NCBI GenBank assembly: GCA_963693365.1
Contig: CAVNZM010000016.1
Location: forward strand, 2,157,984-2,221,983
Length of the DNA: 64,000 bases
Source of the DNA: Amoebidium appalachense
Taxonomy: Eukaryota > Protista > Ichthyosporea
Direction of reading: 5' to 3'
The number at the start of each line of letters is the position of its first letter. Within the stretch, counting starts at the first letter, position 1. The notes below the pieces were generated by a model. It worked only from the letters and a program-made list of their open reading frames with translations. It was not told the origin of the DNA and did no database searches. The position numbers and the translations under genes were made by a program. Positions 10,133 to 22,817 of the stretch are shown here, piece by piece.

Positions 10133-12273
10133 TTACATCCTGAGCATTTTGGCCTTGTCCTCCCCAGGCATGGGCGTGCCAGCACGCTTAGCCTGCCCCA
10201 TGTCTACATCACCCCCCTCCCCCTCACTACCCGCACCATCACTGACCAACTCCATCAGACCATCTAAATCAAACACCTGAACCTTGCGGGCAACGAGCTT
10301 GGTGCGCACAGTGTTGTTTTTCTTGTTGTAGATGACGCTGGTGGCGGCAGCAGACACCCATGCAGTAACCTCACGGCACTTGGCACGCTGGGAGTTCATA
10401 AACTCCACAAACTCATCCACAGAGGCCGCGTTGTTGCACAGCTTGAAGAGGCAGGCGTTGCGGCCATGGGGGTTGGGCAATTCCAACGTCACGTTGAAGT
10501 AGGTGTCGCCCAGTGCCCCCTCCATGTCCTCCTTGCCGACGGGGTCGGCACCCAGCACCTCGTACAGGTTGGGGGTGTGCTTGCTCCAGAGGTTGCTGCT
10601 GGTCTTGACGGGCACACCATCCAGGTCGACACCCTTGAGCATCTCGTGGTCCTTGTGCATCCACAGCACGTCCTTGGCCATGCTGCACACGTAGGGCCAC
10701 AGGTCTGTGGCGTAGGCCACCTCAAAGGGCTCGGGGCGGCGTTGGGACTTGATCTTAATGGTGGGTTTGGTGTCCCAGGCAGCCGTGCTGGGAACCAGCT
10801 CGATGAGCATTTGCCCGTTGATGTTGATGTTGGGCAGGTTGTACAGCTGCACCACCAGCACGTCGTTCATGACCCAGGGTGCTGTTGGAAGTAGAGTCCG
10901 CTGTGACTAGGGTCGTCGTGGCGCGCTTGGGCGCTGACCCGTTTTTTACTGCTTTCAGTGTGTTAACTCCATGACTGAACTCCATGACTGAACTCCATGA
11001 CTGAACTCCATGTCTTTACTCCATCACTGAACTCCATGACTGAACTCCATGACTGAACTCCATGTCTGCACCTGGCAGAGACGTGGCTTATATACCCGTG
11101 GGGCAGCAGTCTGGAATGTAATCCGGATGCCAGGCGCTAATCGGATTGGTTACTTTCATTTAGATATCTCTGGGACCAGTGAACCAATCGTTTGCAGTCA
11201 AAACACAATTGGCAACATTCCTCAACTATGCAGATGTGCATGTGGTGATCGAGTGTCAGCATGTGTCTATGTACACGGAACCAATTGTAAAGCTAACATA
11301 CACATATAGTGGAGTGAGCGTAAGTCTGCACTCCAACACCCCTACCCAATTGGAGAAGTGTACACACCACTAGAGAAGAGAGAGTGAGTGTGGCTGCTTG
11401 CAGGGTAGACCGGGGTGTGCATTCCACTGTGGTGCGTGCCCCGCCAATGAAGTGGAATACTTGACGTTGATGTCGCAGGCTGCTGCGGATGGAGTTTGTG
11501 GAAGCGAAAGTCTCTACTTCACGGAAATACGCTCGCGGGTGTAGGGTACAGCCTAGAAGTCGGTTTCTGGGCTCCTCCGTTCAAGGCGTCGTAGGGGACG
11601 TGAAGTTAGAGGCCGCGGTGTCGTGTCTGGGCCCATAACCCTGTTGGAAGTAGAGTCCGCTGTGACTAGGGTCGTCGTGGCGCGCTTGGGCGCTGACCCG
11701 TTTTTTACTGCTTTCAGTGTGTTAACTCCATGACTGAACTCCATGACTGAACTCCATGACTGAACTCCATGTCTTTACTCCATCACTGAACTCCATGACT
11801 GAACTCCATGACTGAACTCCATGTCTGCACCTGGCAGAGACGTGGCTTATATACCCGTGGGGCAGCAGTCTGGAATGTAATCCGGATGCCAGGCGCTAAT
11901 CGGATTGGTTACTTTCATTTAGATATCTCTGGGACCAGTGAACCAATCGTTTGCAGTCAAAACACAATTGGCAACATTCCTCAACTATGCAGATGTGCAT
12001 GTGGTGATCGAGTGTCAGCATGTGTCTATGTACACGGAACCAATTGTAAAGCTAACATACACATATAGTGGAGTGAGCGTAAGTCTGCACTCCAACAGGT
12101 GCACCCATGGTGGCCTTGCCCACACCGTTGAGGAACACCTCCTTGTACTGCACCATCTTGGCCCCCTCAACGCTGCTGTTGATGTTTTCTTTGCCACTGC
12201 TTGCCGCGACGATGCTGGTCCTTTTGACTGTGGACAGACCAGTCATTTGATGCAGCAGGGTTGGCTTGACCAT
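10133..12273 (-). pseudogene. 306-aa gene split by a TRIM insertion; possible viral ssDNA-binding (T7 gp2.5/NCLDV SSB-like) protein
   Basis: Removing 10883-12097 plus one GGTGC joins ...KATMGAP to WVMNDVL... in frame (12273-12098 + 10877-10133). The C-terminal beta pattern SVIYN..TVRTKLVARKVQV followed by an acidic tail resembles gp2.5-type SSBs (tentative). Confidence 0.7.
10883..12097 (-). mobile_element. Copia-type TRIM (non-autonomous mini LTR retroelement), 1215 bp
   Basis: Apparently identical 456-bp LTRs 10883-11338 and 11642-12097 (TGTTGGA...TCCAACA); TSD GGTGC; minus-strand PBS GGTTATGGGCCCAG (11627-11640, copia-type internal tRNAiMet priming); PPT GGGTAGGGG (11339-11347); 303-bp non-coding interior; 13-bp ACTGAACTCCATG tandem array in each LTR. 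Confidence 0.95.
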
Positions 12274-12452
12274 TTTGCTGTTGCTTGGGGGGTGTGGTGA
12301 ACGTTACTGTGGTGTGCACCTCGACTGTGACTGTCTGGCTCATGTTTGGTTGGTGAGATGTTGCCTGTGTGCGGCTGTTTATGTACACGGCGGTAGGATG
12401 CAGGGTGCGTTTCTGGCCAATGAGGACCGTAATCCCTGTTCCCTGTGCCCTC

Positions 12453-12576
12453 ATTGGACGCCTTGTGCGGCAATTTGCTTTTTTGAGCCGAATTATCATT
12501 GGTCGCCCTGCGCACCCGTAATACCATTGGACGCCTTGTACATGGAATTCAGAATTCGAATTCCCATTGGACGCCT
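12453..12576. promoter_or_regulatory. Cluster of four CCAAT-box-like motifs (ATTGGACGCCT) upstream of the SSB-like gene
   Basis: Copies at 12453, 12498 (variant), 12526 and 12566; the same 11-mer occurs at 3168 upstream of the 3333 gene. Confidence 0.55.
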
Positions 12577-12911
12577 TGCGCAAACCTTCGCATTCCTTTG
12601 ATCCGCACTTGTGTACATGTACGCACCACACGTGCGCGTACACGTACGCGTACACGTGTTCCGCCCTCTCTCTCTTTAATTGTTTAATCATTTAATTAAA
12701 ACCACGTGCTCTGCACGTGTTTTACACACACAGTGTGTGCACGTGCTCCTGTACATATATCCACCCACATCTCATATCCCATATCGCGATATGTGTACAC
12801 AGATATCACACATCTCATATCCACATATCCCATATCCTGGGGGGTGCGGATAATGGTCGAGGTGACGTCATCTTTGATGACGTCACGTCGACCATGTGCC
12901 GCGCCCCCATA

Positions 12912-13717
12912 TGTAGTCATGCTGACCGGCGGAGAGAAAGATAGGGAGAATGAAAAAGGAATATATAGCTGTAAGGCTGTGGGTGCTAAACACAGAGGAT
13001 GTGTTTGTAGCTTGCTGATCTGCTAAAAACTGTCGTGCTTATAGTATACCTAAGCCTACCGATCTGAGCCAATGAAAATCGATCTAGTGATATGTGAAAT
13101 CTGATCCGAGCCAATCAAAACTCGGTCTAGTGATATGTCACGGAATCTGATGTTTTGATTCGCTAATAGGTGCCCGTGTGCGGGCAGCCAACCACGAACT
13201 GCTAAAACACGAAATGAAGCCTACATGGTCACGGTTACGTTGATACCGAACACCCATCCTACGTGTTTACCCAGAAAAAATATTTATGTCAATAAATTCC
13301 ACAAATAAAACCTAAATATTATGTCCGCACCAATAGGAATCAATCTTACCTAAGAAGTGAACCATACATGGTTCTACCGCTGCATACCACATAAACCGGG
13401 CCGAAGTGAACCAATAAGATGTTTGCATAAATAGGACGAAGGTCTGACTGGCTCGGACCGCACCAGAATCACGAATGGCATGTTGCCACCCGCGCTGGCC
13501 GCGGATGAACCAATCCTGGGCCTTGATCCGAAACCTGGGGGCTATATAACAAAGCCGTCCCAGTACGGGGATCACATCAGTGAAGTCTGAGACAGACTCA
13601 GTGAGTCGGCCCATAGTAAAAGCAACCTGGCCGCGCGTGCCTTTCTACTCCGTTCTCTGTCTTTATTTTGATTCAGCTGTACTCTGCCTTATCCTAACTA
13701 GTCCAACTGTCACTACA
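12912..13717 (+). mobile_element. Solo LTR related to the 480-bp Gypsy LTR but with a different, longer 5' part
   Basis: 13313-13710 is a diverged copy of the 3' ~390 bp of LTR 4502-4981; termini TGTAGT...ACTACA; flanks CCATA/CCATG (4/5 TSD match). Confidence 0.7.
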
Positions 13718-13744
13718 CCATGTGCTATGTCGCGTGTGAAGGAT

Positions 13745-14190
13745 CACTTGAGTGACTAACACAATGTCATCAGCGAAAAAAAGACCCAAAATACAAGAGT
13801 CGCCTGCGACTGGAAATTGTTGAATTTCTATCGCTAAGTCGTCAACTTAGACATCGAAAAGAAGGGGGCTCAAAAGGGAGCCCTGCCATAAGGCCTCGAG
13901 TGCGACTAAAGCCATTACTCAGTACCCCATCCACAACGGCAGCCCCATGAGTACGGTCAAATAACGCCTGAAGGAGCCGACCAAATGGAAGTGGGAGTCC
14001 ACGTTCGCCAGCTTATGCCAAAGCAAATTCGTCGGAACCGTGTCGTACTACTACTAGGCATTCTTCAGGTCGATGAAACATACCTCGCGACAGCCAGAAC
14101 GGATAGTGTCGTGAAGGAGAAGGGTATGAGTATAAATAACATAAATAATCGTGGCGAAACCCGCCCTGAATAGTGCTCAACCGGAAGACA
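13745..14190 (-). pseudogene. Degenerate non-LTR retrotransposon RT fragment related to the LINE at 37.5-40.3 kb
   Basis: Minus-strand translation across small frameshifts and stops: QGGFR...CFIDLKNA***YDTV..LLWHKL..RGLP...AVVDGVLSNGFSRTRGLWQGSLLSPLLF...VDDL...LFFADDIVL. Confidence 0.85.
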
Positions 14191-15077
14191 TTCGATGAGG
14201 TCTCATGTTTGATTTTTATTGTTGGAATCAAAATATAATTACAAAAATGGGGCTCAATGGGATTTTATTCGTTCTTGGGTGATACTGAGTTCCCGCTCAA
14301 TCTTGAGGTCATCCAATCAAATTCCATTAAGAATAACCAATCAGAGAGGGTGTGATCAGCCTACCACTTGTTCGCTCACTAGTGTTTGCGCGAATCAATG
14401 ATTGCGCCTCCGTGACCTGGCCCGTTGTATCCTACCACCTACTGAGATGGTGCCTTATTTTCCTTCCTACCTCAGCAGAAATGTCTCGCTAGTAATGACA
14501 ATGCTTATCTGTGTACGCGAAGTGACTGCTGCGAAGAAGGAAGGCTGCGAAGAAAAAAGACTGTGGGCTGCGAAGAAGGAAGGAAAAATCGGCACGTGAC
14601 ACCGTCAGTACGTGTTAGCGTTGTAACTAGGAGGCCTTGGCGCACGCACACAAAGCACCCGATTCTTTCTGCTATATCTGTGTGTAGCTCTCGAATTGAG
14701 CGTTTTGGAGTCCGCACGGAGCCGACTCTTAGTACGAAATTTCCTGTCCTTCGTTCATGTTTTAAGGCAATACCGGAAAATGTTCTCTACAAAATATGTT
14801 GGAGTTCATTGGCTGATGTTGGGCCTACACGTATGGGTTTTTCGCTTTTTCGTTTTTTGTGTTGTTTTTTTGTTCATAGTTATACCAACCGAAAGATTTT
14901 GTTTGGAAAAATAATAACAATATGTCTTTACAAAAGTAAATGAATAAAAGCTTGCACAAGAAAAATGTGTGATGATGAAACGCTTTCGGTTTTAGGTGGG
15001 CTTCTAGTACGTGTGAAGTACAGTAACCCCGCGTAAACAACCCGGCCACATATGTTTGTGCCAACGCTTTGGTACAC

Positions 15078-15186
<109 letters not shown>

Positions 15187-16193
15187 ACACGTGCACACAC
15201 ATGTACATTTACATATACCACCGCTGTAGTGACACGCGCACGCGCATAGACACGCGTAGACGACACCCATGCACACTCACACACACACACACACACACAC
15301 ACTGCATGAACGACAAGGAAGTGCACAATGTCATCTGTACATCATTGTGTGCATAATACTGTGATATTATGCCCAAAACATTGCACACGCATGGCATGCA
15401 TGCTTGTTGATGTTGCAAGCGCGTGTATACGTCGCACGATGATGCGTGTGCCGTTCCAAATGTGTGCCGGTGCATGCGCATATGCAGTAATAAATTTTCC
15501 TCGACGGGTACTTTAACGGTGTAGTACGATAAGTCTGTTTGCAAATTCTGATGTGTGTGACACTGTGTGCACGTGTGTGTGTGTGTGTCATGATCTCATG
15601 AAAAGTGTGCATGCACAAGCGTCACTTGTGGCTATGAGAGAGCCCGAGAGATAGCAAGGGACTCAAGCAATGTGTCTGGCATGTTGGAAGCTAGGGGGGC
15701 CCCCGGTGCGGGCCCCGCCGCATGCGCATACGCGAAGGGGAGAGGGGGGGAAGGGGGGGATCCGGGGAGAGGGGGGGGGGGGGGGGGGGAGGGGGGGGGG
15801 GGGGGGGGGGGGGGGGACAAATGGTTCGGCATGCAGGCCGTGCTAAAGAGGCAAGTACATAGAGAGGAGTGTTAGCGTTTTTATAATTGGCAGGTGGATG
15901 AAGCGGAGCAAAAACAGAACATGGAAGTTAGTAAGTTGAGGCAAAGGAGAGTGAACCAAGAAGAGTGCAAGGCAAGGGTTATAAGATACTAGTAGTGCTA
16001 ATTAGCTAGCAGTGTGTGTGTGTGTGCACATGTGCGCGCGTGCACACGCATGTGTGTGTGTGTTCGGGCGCGCACGTGTGTTATCCTGTGTGTGTGTGAG
16101 TACTAGTGTGCGTGTGCGTGTGTGTCAGTGTGTGTGTGCGTGCGCGTGTGTAAGTGTACGTGCGAGTGTGCGAGTGGTTTTTTTTTTTTTTTT

Positions 16194-16256
<63 letters not shown>

Positions 16257-16683
16257 GAATGCGCTATAACGTACGAAGTACACATAAGCAACAGACAACA
16301 CGATGCAGAGTGCAAACCATACATGAAGAGTATGCATAATAAGCAGAGCCCATAGTGGGGGCAGAGCCACAGATTTGGCAAAATGAGATCTTTTTTTCCG
16401 CCGGAGGTACCGACAGTTATGCCAGATATTGATACACGATACCCCCCCGCTCCCCCCTCCCCCTCCCCCCCCCCCCCCCCCCCCCCCCCCGCGCGCTCCC
16501 TCCCCCTCCCCCCCCCCCCCTTCCCCCCCCCCAACACACATACACACACCTCCCCTTCTGTTCCTTCCCCCTTCTCCCCCCCACCCCCCCAACACACATA
16601 CACACACCTCCCCTTCTGTTCCTTCCCCCTTCTCCCCCCCCACCCCCCCAACACACATACACACACATCCCCTTCCCCCTTCC

Positions 16684-16740
<57 letters not shown>

Positions 16741-17164
16741 ACACCCACCCACCCACACAACAACCTACATGTGCGCATGAAACTCCTCAATGGGCGTTTA
16801 CCCAAGAAAAGTAAAAAATTACCGGATATTACACGAATAGATCATATGCATGCCCAACGTATCTGATTTTCAAATTTAAACAACAGTTGCAAACCGAGCA
16901 AGCAAACAATATCGACTGGGATACCAAAGATTACTTTTATTCATCGAGCCGACTACTCCGTTAGTGCCAGGTTGTTCACGGAAATTCAGAATCCCCGTAC
17001 ATCAGCGAATATCATACATGTGATTCGTTGGCTATTCTGATCATGAAACCTCAAATGATCTGTTGGATCCCCCCCCCCCCCCCCCCCCCCTCCCCCCCCT
17101 GAGGGAACCCTAACCCCTCCTCCCAACCCTCACATCCCTTATCCATTCTCTCCCAAGGGTTACA

Positions 17165-17354
17165 CTTGAAACGTGCTACTTGCACACACATGTACACCGG
17201 CACACACACACACACACGTGTACATGTACACATACACACAAACACAATCACACAGCTTCCACACACACACCCACACGTTTACGCGCTCACACACACACAC
17301 AGACAAACCGTTTATGATGTACACACATGTGTCCATACACACACATGCACGCGC

Positions 17355-17402
<48 letters not shown>

Positions 17403-17703
17403 AACACGTGTCGACGTCCGGTGCACACACACACACCTCTTCAAGTTTTCCTCTGGGGCTCCTTTACTAGAGTATCGCTCATGCTCATGAACATGTCCAA
17501 CCATTTTGATCACGAGGCCGCTTACTACTAGCAACACCGCCCAAAGCCTTGAAGGCTCAGAGGAAAACTTGAAGAGGTGTGTATGTGAGCGCGTGAACGT
17601 GTGGGTGTGCGTGTGGAAGTGTGATTGTGTTTGTGTGTATGTGTACATGTACACGTGTGTGTGTGTGTGTGTGTACATGTGTGTGCAAGTAGCACGTTTC
17701 AAG
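17165..17703. repeat. Long inverted duplication (foldback) around a ~100-bp spacer
   Basis: cttgaaacgtgctacttgcacacacatgtacac... at 17165 is mirrored by ...gtgtacatgtgtgtgcaagtagcacgtttcaag at 17703; acacctcttcaagttttcctctg (~17433) is mirrored at ~17558. Confidence 0.85.
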
Positions 17704-19175
17704 GTTGCTCAGCCTGCAATGAAGAGGTTTTGGTGGTGCACGTGGTGGTGGGGGCGGGGGGGGGGGGGGGGGGGGGGGGGAGTGGTCACTGCAGGCTCAG
17801 TTGCCAACGTATAGCCAGCTTTGTGCCGGTGTGGCAGTGTGTGTCACAGTGTTCGGGTAGGCGCAGACCTGGGTGGTTGTGGTGGTGGGGGTTGGGGGTT
17901 GGGGGTCGGGGGGGGGGGGGGGGGGGGGGCTGGGGGGGGGCTAAGACTCAGAAGCTCCATAGGGCCCGGACCGGGCCGGGCTTGAGAATTTGGGGGCTGA
18001 GAGCTGGCTGCGAATTAAATCCTGCATAACCCCCCCCCCTCCCCCCTCTTGCCCCACCCCACACACACACCACCACCACCAAAATTGTCGCAGTCAATTC
18101 TTCCCTCCCTGCCGCGTGTTCCGAATCTTGGTCGGCAAAACCTATTAGTAAGAAGTACTATGGGGTGGAAACGGACGTATCCGCCGGTGGCGAGATGGGC
18201 ACCGGGCCCAGGACCAAGCTTCCTGCAGTCTGATTGGTTGGCTTGAATGATCTGAGCCACTACGCCAAATTCCAAAATCGTTGCGAAGCGATAAAAGTGT
18301 ATGATAATTCTATAATATCTATGAATATACGGTATGAAATATGAATATAGAGCAAATAAAAAGCTCAAATAAATTGTAAATATCGACACGTATATGTCTT
18401 ACCTACACATGTTTCTAAGTTGGGTTGGGGAAAATATCATGATTTCGTATACTTCTGTATCTGTTTCTGTGTTTCTGAAGTGACTATCTAGGGAAATTTG
18501 CCGGTATGAACAGGTTAAATAGTATACAGCTTTTACTTGAAAACACGGTCCGACTGAGGCCAACGCTATCTGCACGGGAGAGCAATTGCGGCGGCAAATC
18601 CCGATTAAAAAACACAAATCATATGACCCACTACCGGATTTGCAATTCAAAAAGTATACGTTATAACTTGTGTAACAGCCAAGGAACTTCCCATTCCTGA
18701 CTATGTGATCAACCATATCCAGTAATCGTATTCTACCAGCTGCAAGCACACCCAAGGAATACAACCGTGGAAGATGTACCCTGAACTACACGCACGGCGA
18801 TTCGTCGAACGGAAAAGCGAGAAGATGTAAGTCGTGTGGTTCGGTCACATGCAGCGTGACGGCACTGTGCATTGGTCCTGCAATTTCATTGGCAGGCAGT
18901 TGAATCGCTCACAGTTGATTGGCTGAGACGCTGCGATGAGGCGCAGGTATCCGCAACTTGAGCGAAAGGTTTCTGCAGGGTTTCGTGCGAGTGACAAGAG
19001 TGTATGTCTGATTGTTTCTCCGCTCTTTGTGCCTGCGGGTTGTGTATATTAATAGTGTCAATTGCGAAACTTTCTGTTTCTGTGCCACGGTGTGTGTGTG
19101 ATAGTATCACGTGTGTGTATGTGTGTGTGTGTGTCACGTGTGTGTGTGTGTGTGTCACGTGTGTGTGTGTATCAC

Positions 19176-19381
<206 letters not shown>

Positions 19382-19538
19382 GTGCGACTGAGGAGTAACT
19401 TTCGAGTGCTGCAGGAGGGACTCGTGAGATCCAAAGAGAAATCTAAGTCACCAGTGGAGGGAAGGGGAGGGTAGGGGGGTCCGGGGGGGAGGGGAGGAGA
19501 GGAGGGAAGGAAAGGGATGGGAGGGGAGGGGCACGCAC

Positions 19539-19667
19539 GGTCCTTTGTGCAAGTTGTGCCGTTGCCCGAGTAGCCGCTGTTGCCGGTGCAATTGTAGAGG
19601 GTGGGGGTGTCGGTGCACTGAGCATTGGTATCACACAGATGCGTGCCTAGCGCACACTCATTCACCG
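19539..19667 (-). pseudogene. Isolated calcium-binding EGF-like exon (phase 1-1)
   Basis: cag|..VNECALGTHLCDTNAQCTDTPTLYNCTGNSGYSGNGTTCT..|gtgcgt; 129 nt; the fifth Cys is replaced by Gly. Confidence 0.75.
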
Positions 19668-20601
19668 CTGTGTGTGTGTGTGTGTGTGCGTGTACGGTGC
19701 CTCTGTGTGTGTGCCGGTAATGACTGAATTCAAGATCATATTGGTACTTTGAAAATAGGTTCTATCCCGGTGTCTTAATATTCCGGGCTCTATAGCCCAT
19801 GTTCTGAGTCCCTGCCCGGGGGGGCCCGGAAGGGGGGGGGTGTTGGAGTACGCTGGTACTCCCGGCTAGCAATGTCTGTTAGAGAAAGTTTCTGAGCAAT
19901 TGAATAATTGTTTCAACACTCACTCGAGTGCATAGAGCTTTTGTTTACGGTCATATTCATATATGGTAGTTATATGTTTGAGCCAAAACTGTACCAATGA
20001 CGAGCTTCACTAGCAACGTGCTAATTGTGCTCATTAATTAATATTCCCGGTTCAGATGATGTCATGTCTATATTTGCCACAGGATTCTATTCTTAGAGTG
20101 GTAGTGTGCTTTATTCCCGGATATTTTCAGAATATTTTTAGTTGTGTGAAGTAAGATTTACGTTTAACTGCAATTGGTGTGTTAAACACGTTTATTTGTG
20201 TGCTTTAGTGCAAGTTAACTAGCCACTCAACGTGCACAGTTAACTTTTATATCTTTAACGACTTGTTTTCATTGTGCTCTCTTTTCGGCCATGCTGTACA
20301 TGGCCCACCGCCAGGGTGCACACGAGGCCACCATGAGGTGGCCAACGACTATATAAAGCAGTGCCTCCCATGTCACAAACATGGGAAGCAGAACGTTTGA
20401 TTTACACTTTTCTACTGTCGTTTTCAGTGCACAAAACACATAGACTAGTTACCCATCATACACGACACTATGTCTGATAACTTACAGTTGCAGCAACTAG
20501 TCCAACTACTGGAGCAGAGGTTGGCCTCACAAGATGCAATCATTTCTGACTTACAGAAGGAACAACGTGCACTAGAACTAGCTTCTATGAACACAATGTC
20601 C

Positions 20602-20632
<31 letters not shown>

Positions 20633-20915
20633 GGGCGGGGAGGGGGAGGGGGGAAGGGGAGAGAGAGGGGGGGGGGGGGAGAGGGGGGGAGGGGGGGGGG
20701 AGGGGGCTGGGGGCCAAAGCAGGAAAGAACGGCGGGGCCAGGCCCTGGGCCTGGGAGGGGGGAGGGGGGGACATGATCAGTCAACTTTTTGAAAAATCCG
20801 CTTACTATGATAGAGTCTATTCTCTTTATTTTCTAAACTATGATAGCATTGTTCATCTTAATGTCAAATTATCCTAATATTAGTCACCCCCTGTGTGTGT
20901 GTGTGTGCGTGTGGT

Positions 20916-20971
<56 letters not shown>

Positions 20972-21000
20972 CTCTGTGTGTGTGTGTGTGTGTGTGTGAC

Positions 21001-21044
<44 letters not shown>

Positions 21045-21066
21045 CTTGTGTGTGTGTGTGTGTGTG

Positions 21067-21277
<211 letters not shown>

Positions 21278-21652
21278 TGTGTGTGTGTGCGCGCGCGTGT
21301 GCTTCAAGTTCGACGTGTATCCATGTGTGGGTCTTCTGTAAGTAAACTTATTGCCCCGACTCTCCATACATGTGGACTATAGGATGGCAACAGGTCAAAG
21401 AATTTGTACTTTTAACCTTCAAGGTATTGTTCTCAGTTAATTTAAATGTGCCAAAAAGGGGGGGGGGGAGGACAAAAGACTCTGGACGTGTAATAGACTG
21501 AGGGAGGGAAGAGGGAAGGATGGGGGGATATAAGGGAGGGACGTATGGAGGGAAGAAGTGGGGGAGGGAAGGAGGGTGGGTGGTGTTGTGATTCGTACAC
21601 TACCTACCCGTAATTCTGGTGCGGTCCAGCAAATATTGGGAAGCTTGTGTCG

Positions 21653-21737
21653 GCTGTAACGGTTCAGGCCGGTCAGGCTGTTGGCCTTAGCGGGCCGCCG
21701 GCCCGGCCTGAGGCCGCCAGGCCTGGGCCCGGGGACG

Positions 21738-21779
<42 letters not shown>

Positions 21780-21896
21780 ACCCAAGCCCGCGAGCCTGGC
21801 TCGGCCCGGGGGGGGGGGGGGGGGGGGGGGGGGAGGAAGCAGCCGCTGCCCCCCCCCCCCCCCCTCCCGGGCCGGGCCGGGCTCGCAGGCTTGGGT

Positions 21897-21937
<41 letters not shown>

Positions 21938-22002
21938 CGTCCCCGGGCCCAGGCCTGGCGGCCTCGGGCCGGGCCTGCGGCCTGACCCTGAACCGTTTCA
22001 GC
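21653..22002. mobile_element. Palindromic MITE/foldback element with hAT-like ends
   Basis: gctgtaacggttcagg...cctgaaccgtttcagc; near-perfect arms including poly-C mirrored by poly-G. Confidence 0.75.
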
Positions 22003-22771
22003 AATACAAAGTCCCTACCCGAGCTTCCCAATCAGGAAAGCAAACGGGGGAGCAAACGTGATCTATGGAGACCAGAAAGTGTCGACCGTCAAACTATTAA
22101 ATAAAAACACGCCGCACTGATCATGACGTGAAATTGCGCGGACGGTTTCACACCGGGGAAAAGAAGAAAAAAAAACAAAAAAAAAACGCTACATGATTAT
22201 CATTTATGATAGCGTGTTGCGCGTAGTACCAGTTTTCCCACTTCGTTTATTGAAAGAATCCTGTAGTACTGTGATAACGTTACAAGACAGTAGTAGTGTG
22301 TAGTGCCCCTAAGGTGTAGTGACTCGATGATATGTACCGTTCGCTGGGCCCCTTGAAAGTACCCCGAAATATTGGCCGTCTGTCACCTGAGTCATGATGC
22401 ATTCGAACTCATGACTGAGTCAGCTGCAGTGCCAACCGTTGTCTGCCGTGCCCTTGTTTATGCGACATAACAGTCTTTATCCATGGTATACGCGTATGTA
22501 CATGTATTGGCTGGCTCATGAAGCAACACATGTCACGGTTTGTGCAAACCGCAAAACTAGAGCTCACAGTCACTTGATTAATAGTTGGTAAGAACCATGA
22601 GACGTCGACGTTACTGAATGCAGCATGCTGAGCGCGGTGTACACTGGCACGTGCACCGTGCACGATATTGTGTAACTGCGTTGCGCCGCGGCCGCGCACA
22701 CACACACACACACCGTGACAATGTGCACACACACACACACACACGCACACACGCACGCACACACGCACACA

Positions 22772-22817
<46 letters not shown>

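Larger units (their letters stand above)
1..12700. mobile_element. Endogenous Polinton/Maverick-like (PLV/adintovirus-like) viral island, degenerate; extends beyond the window start, right boundary approximate
   Basis: Cluster of intronless ORFs in an otherwise intron-dense genome, including a Polinton-type integrase, a phage-type Dam MTase and orphan ORFs. No capsid, pPolB or packaging ATPase is visible here, so the classification rests mainly on the integrase. Confidence 0.6.

Noticed and set aside
10965-11065. 13-bp repeat array as CRISPR or iterons
   Set aside because: No spacers; it is duplicated as part of both TRIM LTRs.
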